Source: Gemmatimonadales bacterium (GTDB lineage: Bacteria; Gemmatimonadota; Gemmatimonadetes; Gemmatimonadales; GWC2-71-9). Taken from it: a DNA stretch of 64,000 nt. The stretch's first letter is position 1; every line of letters starts with the position of its first letter. The translations under genes and the position numbers were made by a program. Under the pieces are notes generated by a model, which worked only from the letters and a program-made list of their open reading frames with translations, was not told where the DNA came from and searched no databases. The stretch spans positions 409 through 64,408 of the forward strand of contig DASQIZ010000069.1 of assembly GCA_035631315.1 (NCBI GenBank), in the 5' to 3' direction. Below, one piece after another: positions 49,119-56,193 of this stretch.

Positions 49119-49201
49119 TGCCCGAGGAGAGAGTCGAACTCTCACGGGGTTGCCCCCGGGGGATTTTGAGTCCCCTGCGTCTGCCATTCCGCCACTCGGG
49201 C
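49119..49201 (-). tRNA. tRNA-Leu (anticodon CAA)
   Basis: Hand-folded cloverleaf: acceptor GCCCGAG/CTCGGGC, anticodon stem GGGGA/TCCCC with loop CTCAAAA, long variable arm CGGGG-GCAA-CCCCG, T-arm GAGAG-TTCGACT-CTCTC, discriminator A. No encoded CCA. Confidence 0.9.
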
Positions 49202-49286
49202 GACTGAACTGCGAAACGACAACTTAGCTACCTCCCGCCCCATGCTCTAGACCGGCGGGTGGACCTACCGACTAAGTTCGATAACA

Positions 49287-49718
49287 GTGGAACGCAGAGC
49301 AGATGGCATGACCGGGGCGCGGTGGCTCAGAAGTGGACCCCCGTTCCCCGAGGCCGAGTTGATGATCGTGGCAACGTATCGTCGTGGCATTTCGTCCGAC
49401 GTCTACATCTCCACGCTCGACCCGATTCTCGCCCCGCGCCTCGGCGGCGCCCTGGTGCGGTCCGCGGTGCACCTCTACACCCCGGAGCCCGTCCCTTTCC
49501 CCTCCCCAGCCCAGATGCGGGTCGGGGGATGGGACTGGTCTTTCGTTCCCGTGGTGCTGGAAGCGAAGCAAGTCGCCGTGGCCGCGCGACACGCCGACCA
49601 GGGATTCGAGTTCTTGAAGATTTATTCGCCCACCCGACTGGTGGAAGGGCTGGGATTGACCGAGGGGTGCCTGGTGAACGTCGAGTTCCTCTCGGGGGTC
49701 CATCTCGACATGCCCTAG
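49287..49718 (+). CDS. hypothetical protein (no recognisable family)
   Basis: High GC3 in this frame and a non-Arg-biased composition. The likely start is ATG 49362 (MIVATYRRG..). Its stop overlaps the kinase stop in the palindrome CTAG. Confidence 0.45.
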   Translation: MERRADGMTGARWLRSGPPFPEAELMIVATYRRGISSDVYISTLDPILAPRLGGALVRSAVHLYTPEPVPFPSPAQMRVGGWDWSFVPVVLEAKQVAVAARHADQGFEFLKIYSPTRLVEGLGLTEGCLVNVEFLSGVHLDMP

Positions 49719-51625
49719 GTGAGCAGGTCCTCGATCCCGGCCGTGCGCAGGAGCCGTGCGTAACGCGGATCGCGGGCCAATCCATGGTGGTCGTACGGAA
49801 GGTCGTTCAACACGCGGCGCAGCCGCCCTGGCCGCCGGTGATAGGCCCGTTCCACCCAATCCATGGCCTGCGTCCATTCCCCAAGCTCCGCGAGCACGAT
49901 GAGGATCTTGTCGGCCAACTGGCGCGTGCTGCTGCGGTCCTCGAAGGCATCTTCCTGCTGCGCGCGAGCCTGAAGCTCCGCGAGCTCCCGCCGCAAGTCA
50001 CGATCGCGCGCCTCGATCCAGCCGAACTCGGTCGCGTCAGCGGTCACCTGGGCGATCCGCTCTTTCGCGCCACGCACTCCCAGCAGCATCCGGCGCGCGT
50101 CCAGCGCGTCGTCGTGACGGCCGGCGCGATGACAGCTCATCTCGAGACGCTCCAGAGCGGCGTCGTACCGCGGCAGCAGCCGGAGGGCCTGACGCAGCGG
50201 ACCGATCGCCTCGTCGTAGCGGCCCATCGCCATGAGTACGTCGGCCAGACCGACGTGCATGAACGGCGCCTTCGGAGCGAGGTGCGTCGCCTCCCGCATG
50301 TGTTCCAGAGCTTCGGGCAGGCGTCCCGCGATCCGGAGCCAAGCACCGTAGAGGCGATGTCCCTCGGCCAGGTCGGGGGCCAGCTCGACACCCCGCGCGA
50401 GCTCGGTGCCGGCCATCTCGAAATCGTCTTCCCAATACAGGAACATCGTCCCGAGAGCCACGTGCAAGTCGCCGAGGGAGTCGTCGACCGCGAGCGCGCG
50501 CAGCCTGAGCTCACGGACCTTCGGCTTCATCTCCTCCGGATCGCTGAACCCCCTGACGCCAAGGAGGAGCAGAATGTCGGCGAGTGCGACCAACGCCGCG
50601 GCGCTGCCCGGTGCCAACGCCACCGCCTTCTCCCCGTACACCCGCGCCATCAACAGTTTGTCCTGGGCGCCCTCCCCACCCTGCATCCCGTTGCGGAATA
50701 ACTCGCGCACCTTCGCCGTCAGCTCGCGGACCTCGGGTGGGTCCCCCGGCTTCTCGGGGGCCGGGCGCTTCACGGGCGCCGAAGGACGACGCGGACCCGG
50801 CGCATCGAGGGGACGCAGGGCGTCCAGCACAGCCGCCGCATCCTTGGGACGCTGATCGCGATCCTTGGCGAGGAGTTGCTCCACGAGGGCCGCGAGCCCG
50901 GCATCGACGTCGGCGCGAGTGTCCCGCAGCGGTGGGACGTCGTCGGTGAGGTGCGCCGCGAGCGTGGCCATGGCGGTCGGACGCACGAACGGCGGCTGCC
51001 CGGCGAGCAGCTCGTACGCCACGCATCCGAGGCTATACAGATCGGCGCGTCCATCGACCGCCTGGTCACCGGACGCCTGCTCGGGGCTCATGTAGAAGAC
51101 GGTGCCGACGATCGTGCCCGTGGCGGTGAGCGGTGTATCGGCGAGAGCGACCCGCTCCTGCGTCGCGATCCCGAAATCCGCGAGCAGCGCGCGTCCACCG
51201 TACCAGAAAATGTTTTCAGGCTTCACATCGCGGTGGACGACACCCATCCCGTGCGCATAGGCCAGGGCTTCCGCGGTATCGGCCAGGATTCGGGTGACGA
51301 CGCGGGGTTCGAGGGCCTTCTTCCCTTCGAGCTGCGCACGCAGCGTAGCGCCGTCGATAAACGGCATCACGTAATACAGCCAACCGTCCGACTCGCCGGA
51401 GTCGAAGAGCGGCACGATGTTCGGATGGACGAGCTGCGCGGTGAGGCGGATCTCGCGCAGGAAGCGCTCGGCACCGAGCGCCTTCGAGAGATCGGGCGTA
51501 AGCACCTTGATGGCCACGTCCCGCTCGAGCGCGTTGTCCCGCGCCAGCAGCACCGTGCCCATCCCGCCGCGCCCCAGCTCCCGCGACACCGTGAATCGGC
51601 TGGGAAGGACCGGGCGGAGCGTCAC
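49715..51625 (-). CDS. serine/threonine protein kinase with C-terminal TPR repeats
   Basis: GRGGMGTV, AIKVL, HRDVKPENI, DFG, SPEQ motifs, then about 300 aa of TPR-like helices. The GTG start is GTGA-coupled to the upstream gene. Confidence 0.85.
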   Translation of the reverse strand: MTLRPVLPSRFTVSRELGRGGMGTVLLARDNALERDVAIKVLTPDLSKALGAERFLREIRLTAQLVHPNIVPLFDSGESDGWLYYVMPFIDGATLRAQLEGKKALEPRVVTRILADTAEALAYAHGMGVVHRDVKPENIFWYGGRALLADFGIATQERVALADTPLTATGTIVGTVFYMSPEQASGDQAVDGRADLYSLGCVAYELLAGQPPFVRPTAMATLAAHLTDDVPPLRDTRADVDAGLAALVEQLLAKDRDQRPKDAAAVLDALRPLDAPGPRRPSAPVKRPAPEKPGDPPEVRELTAKVRELFRNGMQGGEGAQDKLLMARVYGEKAVALAPGSAAALVALADILLLLGVRGFSDPEEMKPKVRELRLRALAVDDSLGDLHVALGTMFLYWEDDFEMAGTELARGVELAPDLAEGHRLYGAWLRIAGRLPEALEHMREATHLAPKAPFMHVGLADVLMAMGRYDEAIGPLRQALRLLPRYDAALERLEMSCHRAGRHDDALDARRMLLGVRGAKERIAQVTADATEFGWIEARDRDLRRELAELQARAQQEDAFEDRSSTRQLADKILIVLAELGEWTQAMDWVERAYHRRPGRLRRVLNDLPYDHHGLARDPRYARLLRTAGIEDLLT

Positions 51626-52107
51626 CCCTTTTTCAAAGCGGCCTTGATCCGCGCCAGATGATGGAAGCTGTGCCGCATCGCGTGGTCTTCGATGAAGAAC
51701 TGCGCCGTGACCGGCGCGCCACCGTAGAGGGACACCGGCGCGGCACGGTCCAGCTGCGCATCAGTGAGCTCGCGAATCGCCCTCGCGGCGGCTCCCGAAT
51801 TCTTGCCGAGAAGCTCCAGGGCCTCCACCTTGGACGTCGTTCCATGGTCGTGCGCGTGCTTCGCGTTCATCTGCGCGACGACACCCCAGCTGAGATCGTC
51901 GATGGATTTCCCCATCGCGAGCGCCTGCGCGAGCTGGACCTCGGCAGGATACATGCTCGCAACGTGATGGATCATCACGCCCACCGCGCGCCCATCGGGC
52001 GCCACCGTGGCCCGCCACTCGGCGTCCGACAAACCGTTGGCGAACTTGGTGAGGGCAGATGCTCCCTGCTCGAGACGCTCGGCGAGGGCGTCGGCTCGGG
52101 CGCTCAT
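51622..52107 (-). CDS. DinB-family (DinB_2-like) four-helix-bundle metalloprotein
   Basis: 161 aa with His residues at helix ends (..MIHHVAS.., ..AKHAHDH.., ..EDHAMRHSFHH..), typical of the DinB/YfiT fold. Confidence 0.55.
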   Translation of the reverse strand: MSARADALAERLEQGASALTKFANGLSDAEWRATVAPDGRAVGVMIHHVASMYPAEVQLAQALAMGKSIDDLSWGVVAQMNAKHAHDHGTTSKVEALELLGKNSGAAARAIRELTDAQLDRAAPVSLYGGAPVTAQFFIEDHAMRHSFHHLARIKAALKKG

Positions 52108-52168
52108 GGGTCACGTCCTGGGATTGGGGTGACCCGGAATATAGTCACAAACTGGGACGACGTTTCAG

Positions 52169-52672
52169 CTAGACAGCGGGCCCGACTCTCTCCCGCAGCA
52201 CCTCGCCCAGGGCCGTCGCATCAGGCATGAACCGTTTCGGTACGACGTGATAGGTCCCGTCGGGCGCGTAGATCAGGTAGAGCAGCTCTCCTTGCGTCCA
52301 TCGTTTGACATCTTCCCACCGTTGCGACGGGGGCGCGTACGCCGACGTGCGCACGCCGAAGTCGGACACTTCCACCGTGTATGGACGCTGGATGTTGGGA
52401 TCGTGCTTGAAGGCGCGTCGAGTTCGTATCCAGAGCCAGATTCGATCAACGACGACGTAGCCGTTCATCAAGAACACCAGGAAGAATGGCCCGACCCACA
52501 CGTCGGCCGGCAGGAAAATGACGGAGTAGATGGCGAGGAAATGGACTACGAGCAGCGTCACCCACAAGGCCGACGCGTGACGGCCGACCCACGTGGTTCT
52601 CGAACGGTTCAGGCGCCGGGCCTGAGCGATGTCTTCGGGAGTGAGTTGAACGGTGACGGTGATGGAGTCCAT
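52169..52672 (-). CDS. YcxB-like membrane protein
   Basis: Two central TM helices (ALWVTLLVVHFLAIYSVIFL / PFFLVFLMNGYVVV) flanked by soluble segments. The assignment is weak. Confidence 0.4.
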   Translation of the reverse strand: MDSITVTVQLTPEDIAQARRLNRSRTTWVGRHASALWVTLLVVHFLAIYSVIFLPADVWVGPFFLVFLMNGYVVVDRIWLWIRTRRAFKHDPNIQRPYTVEVSDFGVRTSAYAPPSQRWEDVKRWTQGELLYLIYAPDGTYHVVPKRFMPDATALGEVLRERVGPAV

Positions 52673-52681
52673 CGGCGGTGC

Positions 52682-53170
52682 TTACCGCGACAGACCCCCA
52701 CGCACTTCCTGCGGATCCCCTTCATCCAGCACGATGGCTTCGGCCTCGATCAAGCGGGCGCGCAGCGCGTACTGGAACTCAGTGCTCGCTTCGACTTGGT
52801 GAATGAAATCCTTCAGCGACCCGACGTCGCTCGCCCAGATCTCGACTTCGTCCATCTCGGCGGGCGCGCCTTCGAACCGGAAATCGATCCCCACCACGCG
52901 GGCCGTCGATCCCCAGCCGCCTTTCGCGTCGGTCACCTGCCGGCACAGACGAATTTCGAAGACCGGGTCGAGCGCGTTCTCCCGGACCCACGTGGTCTGG
53001 AAGCCCGCGATATCGGCCTGGGCATCGGAGGGCACCGCGAGATATTTCTGGAAGACGTCCCAGGCGGCCCGAAACGAAAAATGCGGGGCCGTAAGCCCCG
53101 CATCCGCCAGCATATACTGGAGCGCGGGGAGGGCGGTGAGCGTGTTCACTCGGAGCTCGATCATGGTCAT
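52682..53170 (-). CDS. hypothetical cytoplasmic protein
   Basis: 162-aa ORF with coding-like composition and no recognisable motif. Confidence 0.45.
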   Translation of the reverse strand: MTMIELRVNTLTALPALQYMLADAGLTAPHFSFRAAWDVFQKYLAVPSDAQADIAGFQTTWVRENALDPVFEIRLCRQVTDAKGGWGSTARVVGIDFRFEGAPAEMDEVEIWASDVGSLKDFIHQVEASTEFQYALRARLIEAEAIVLDEGDPQEVRGGLSR

Positions 53171-53214
53171 AAGAACTTAGCTCCTGCCCATCCTAGCCGC
53201 TTGTACCGATTCTG

Positions 53215-53712
53215 TTACCGGAACCTCCGGGGACGCATCGGCCGGCCCTGCTGGCGTCGCTCCCGCGCCTGCTGAATCTGCCCCTTCAGCCACTCCCGCT
53301 GCCGCTGATATCGCACGCGCTGCACCGGAGTCAGGTAACCCGCCATTTCCCGATCCTGCTGCCGGTCCAGATCCTGGATCTTCGCGCGGTTGTCCTCCCG
53401 CTCGGCCAGGAGCCGTGTGACCGCGTCATTGTCGGCCGCCACGCCCGGCTGCAGCTGCTGGTTCAGCTGACGCGCAATCTCCACTTGCCGCCGTTGAATC
53501 GGCCGGCGCTGCTCATCGAACTTGTCTTCGGTTGCCTGCAGTTTCCCCGCCTGATCCGAGTTCAACTGGAGCTGGGTCACGATGTGCTGGTGCCACCGCT
53601 CTCGAAGTTGCTTCTGAAGATTTTCGACTTCCGTGGCGCTATCCGCCCCGGCCTGCGCGCTGAGCGCGACCGGCACTACCGCCAGTAGAAAGGCTACCAC
53701 GAATCGGCGCAT
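53215..53712 (-). CDS. periplasmic Spy/CpxP-like (LTXXQ-type) helical protein
   Basis: Signal MRRFVVAFLLAVVPVALSAQA. Gln/Arg-rich helices with L..DQ / LTPVQ motifs. Overlaps the anti-sigma stop by 1 nt. Confidence 0.55.
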   Translation of the reverse strand: MRRFVVAFLLAVVPVALSAQAGADSATEVENLQKQLRERWHQHIVTQLQLNSDQAGKLQATEDKFDEQRRPIQRRQVEIARQLNQQLQPGVAADNDAVTRLLAEREDNRAKIQDLDRQQDREMAGYLTPVQRVRYQRQREWLKGQIQQARERRQQGRPMRPRRFR

Positions 53713-54146
53713 CAGCTCCCCATGGCGCTCAGCACGGAGCGTAACTCGTCCGGCGTGAGCCCCTCCAACCCGGCGTCACTCGCCGTGGTCTCGACCTCGG
53801 GTGTGTGCTCCACACTGGGCAGAATCGCCTGCAACTGATCCTCGGACAACCCCTCGAGGCCCGCATCCATGGCTTCGACGGTCGCCACCTGCTGGGTGAG
53901 GTGATGTCGGTGTTCGTAGGTCTCCATCCCGGCCACCAGCAGCACGACCGCCGCGGCCACCCGGAGCGTGCCCGGCGACGCCCAGAACGGCCGGTGCACC
54001 TGCCGCTGCTCGTTCCGCCATCGCGCGACGACGCCGCGCGCCGTCCGCTCCATGTCGAGCTGACCGGCCGCCCTGACGCCGAGCTCGCGCGCGGTCGCGA
54101 CCAGCTCCTCGTCATGGAGGTCCTCGTCCCGGATGTCATCGATCAT
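53712..54146 (-). CDS. anti-sigma factor (single TM) with duplicated C-terminal DAGLEGL(S/T)xD(Q/E)L motif
   Basis: ATGA-coupled to the ECF sigma gene. Cytoplasmic N-terminal segment, TM LRVAAAVVLLVAG, periplasmic tail. Confidence 0.6.
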   Translation of the reverse strand: MIDDIRDEDLHDEELVATARELGVRAAGQLDMERTARGVVARWRNEQRQVHRPFWASPGTLRVAAAVVLLVAGMETYEHRHHLTQQVATVEAMDAGLEGLSEDQLQAILPSVEHTPEVETTASDAGLEGLTPDELRSVLSAMGS

Positions 54147-54688
54147 TGCAGACGCTCCTTCAACCGCTTCACCGCGTGATGGTAGTGCACGCGGGCCGCT
54201 CCCGGTGTCGTGTCCAGTGCGGACGCGATCTCCTCGTACTCCATGCCCTGCTGGGCCCGTAGCAGGAACACTTCCCGTTGCAGCCTCGGCAGGTCCGTCA
54301 GCGCCTCTCGCAGTCTCGCTTCGGCCTCCCATGCCACCGCCTCTTCGTGGGGAGACCCCCCCGAGGCCTGCAGCGTCTCATCGAGTGGCACCACTTTCCG
54401 CTTCGCCGCCCGTCGCCCTTCATCCTTCAGCACGTTGCTCCCGATGGTCAGGAGCCAGGTGCGGAACTGACATTGGCCCCGGAACCCCGCGATGGACCGG
54501 AACGCCCGCAGAAACGTCTCCTGCACGAGGTCGTCCAGATCCTCCTGCTGCGCCCCACTGGCCGCCAGAAACCGGGCGAGCGGGGTCCCATGCCGCAGCA
54601 CCAGCTCCGTAGCCGCGCGTTCATCAGCCCCCCGCCAGCGGGCGATCAGGTCCGCATCGGTGGCGGCGGCCGACTGGGGGGAAGCCAT
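54143..54688 (-). CDS. ECF-type RNA polymerase sigma-70 factor
   Basis: Region 2 (..DLVQETFLRAF..) and region 4 (..REVFLLR..QGMEYEEIA..L....GAARVHYHHA) are recognisable. Confidence 0.85.
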   Translation of the reverse strand: MASPQSAAATDADLIARWRGADERAATELVLRHGTPLARFLAASGAQQEDLDDLVQETFLRAFRSIAGFRGQCQFRTWLLTIGSNVLKDEGRRAAKRKVVPLDETLQASGGSPHEEAVAWEAEARLREALTDLPRLQREVFLLRAQQGMEYEEIASALDTTPGAARVHYHHAVKRLKERLQ

Positions 54689-54747
54689 GGGGGTTGTGTC
54701 AGTTGACGCAGGAGTTGCGGGAATATTAAGCCCCGGCTAGCTTGGTT

Positions 54748-54765
54748 TTCGAACGATCGTTCGAA
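54748..54765. promoter_or_regulatory. perfect 18-bp palindrome TTCGAACGATCGTTCGAA, probable TetR operator
   Basis: Exact self-complement. It ends 4 nt upstream of the TetR ATG (54770), in the divergent gap to the ECF sigma gene. Confidence 0.6.
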
Positions 54766-54769
54766 CCCT

Positions 54770-55363
54770 ATGCGCCCCTACGACGAGCGGTTAGAGCACC
54801 TCTTGGCTGAGGCCGCCAAGGTCTTCGCCGAGGCGGGGTACCACTCCACCTCGATGCGGGACTTGGCGGCTGCCAGCGGGATGTCGCTCGCCGGCATGTA
54901 TTACTACGTCCGGTCCAAGGAAGATCTCCTCGCACTGATCCAGGAGCGGTGCTTTACCAACGTGCTCGACGGCGCGCGGAAAGCCCTCGAAGGCCGTACC
55001 GACCCCCAAGACCGCCTCGAGGCCTTCATTCGTCACCACGTCACATACTTCACGGCTCACATGGCCGAAATGAAGGTGCTGTCGCACGAATCGAGCGTGT
55101 TATCGGGCGACCCCCGTCGCAAGGTGAACCACATCAAGCGCCGGTACGTCGACCTCCTCGAATCCCTGTTGAAAGACGCCGCTCCTTACGAGCGCCCGGT
55201 GGACCGGAGCGCCGCGGCGTACGCCCTCTTCGGAATGATGAACTGGATTTACAACTGGTACGACCCCGCGGGTGAAATCGACCCCGAACGGCTCGCGGGC
55301 CTGATCGCGCGAATCTTCCTCGGCGGGTTCGCCGAGGCGCGCTCCACGGTACACGGAGGCTAG
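54770..55363 (+). CDS. TetR/AcrR family transcriptional regulator
   Basis: N-terminal HTH ..FAEAGYHSTSMRDLAAASGMSLAGMYYYV.. and typical ~197 aa length. Confidence 0.85.
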   Translation: MRPYDERLEHLLAEAAKVFAEAGYHSTSMRDLAAASGMSLAGMYYYVRSKEDLLALIQERCFTNVLDGARKALEGRTDPQDRLEAFIRHHVTYFTAHMAEMKVLSHESSVLSGDPRRKVNHIKRRYVDLLESLLKDAAPYERPVDRSAAAYALFGMMNWIYNWYDPAGEIDPERLAGLIARIFLGGFAEARSTVHGG

Positions 55364-55371
55364 AGGCTGTT

Positions 55372-56193
55372 ATGGCGACGATGACCAAACCCACTCAGGA
55401 AACGAAGTCGGGCGACCTCGTGCTCTACAGCGTGGCGGACGGTATCGCCACCATCGAGCTGAACGATCCGCCGGCCAACACCTACACGTATGAAATGAAT
55501 CGCGCGCTCGACGAGGCGATCCTCCAGGCGCGCTTCGACGACTCGGTCCACGTCATCATGCTCCGCGGCCACGGCGACAAGTTCTTCTCCGCCGGCGCGA
55601 ACATCGGGATGCTGAACAAAGTGACCCCCCGCTTCAAGTACTTCTTCTGTCTGCACGCCAACGAAACTCTCAACCGCCTCGAGCACACGCCCAAGCTCAC
55701 CATCGCCGCGCTCAACGGGCACACGGTGGGCGGCGGGCTCGAGATCGCCATGGCGTGCGACATCCGCCTCGCCAAGGAGAACGCCGGCAAGATCGGTCTC
55801 CCCGAAGTGAACCTTGGCGTCCTCCCGGGCACCGGCGGGACGCAGCGGCTCGGCCGGCTGGTCGGCAAGGCGATGGCGATCGAGATGATGGTGAAGGGCG
55901 AGACCTTCTCGTTCGACAAGGCGAAGGAAATCGGCCTGGTGAACGAGGTCTTCCCCGCGGACAGCTACTGGGAGCAGGTGATGCTCTACGCCAAGCAGTT
56001 CTGCCCCCCGCACAAGGCGTCCAAGGCGGTGGGTCTCATCAAACGCTCGGTGCAGTCGGGGCTCGAGGTACCGTTCGAATCCGCCCTCGCCATCGAGCGG
56101 GAGCTCCAGCAGCAGCTCTTCCAGTCGGATGACGCGAAGGAAGGCATCGCGGCGTACAACGAGAAGCGTGTGGCGGAGTTCAAAGGGAAGTGA
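55372..56193 (+). CDS. enoyl-CoA hydratase/isomerase family protein
   Basis: Crotonase motifs FSAGANI.., NGHTVGGGLEIAMACDIR, and a C-terminal ..EGI.AY.EKR. Confidence 0.85.
   Translation: MATMTKPTQETKSGDLVLYSVADGIATIELNDPPANTYTYEMNRALDEAILQARFDDSVHVIMLRGHGDKFFSAGANIGMLNKVTPRFKYFFCLHANETLNRLEHTPKLTIAALNGHTVGGGLEIAMACDIRLAKENAGKIGLPEVNLGVLPGTGGTQRLGRLVGKAMAIEMMVKGETFSFDKAKEIGLVNEVFPADSYWEQVMLYAKQFCPPHKASKAVGLIKRSVQSGLEVPFESALAIERELQQQLFQSDDAKEGIAAYNEKRVAEFKGK

Noticed and set aside
41806-49201. Treating the whole icd-to-tRNA-Leu stretch as a demonstrated genomic island
   Set aside because: No second tRNA-derived direct repeat was found near 41.8 kb, there are no mobility genes, and by eye there is only a modest drop in GC around 47-49 kb. 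The idea is left as a hypothesis inside the tRNA finding.
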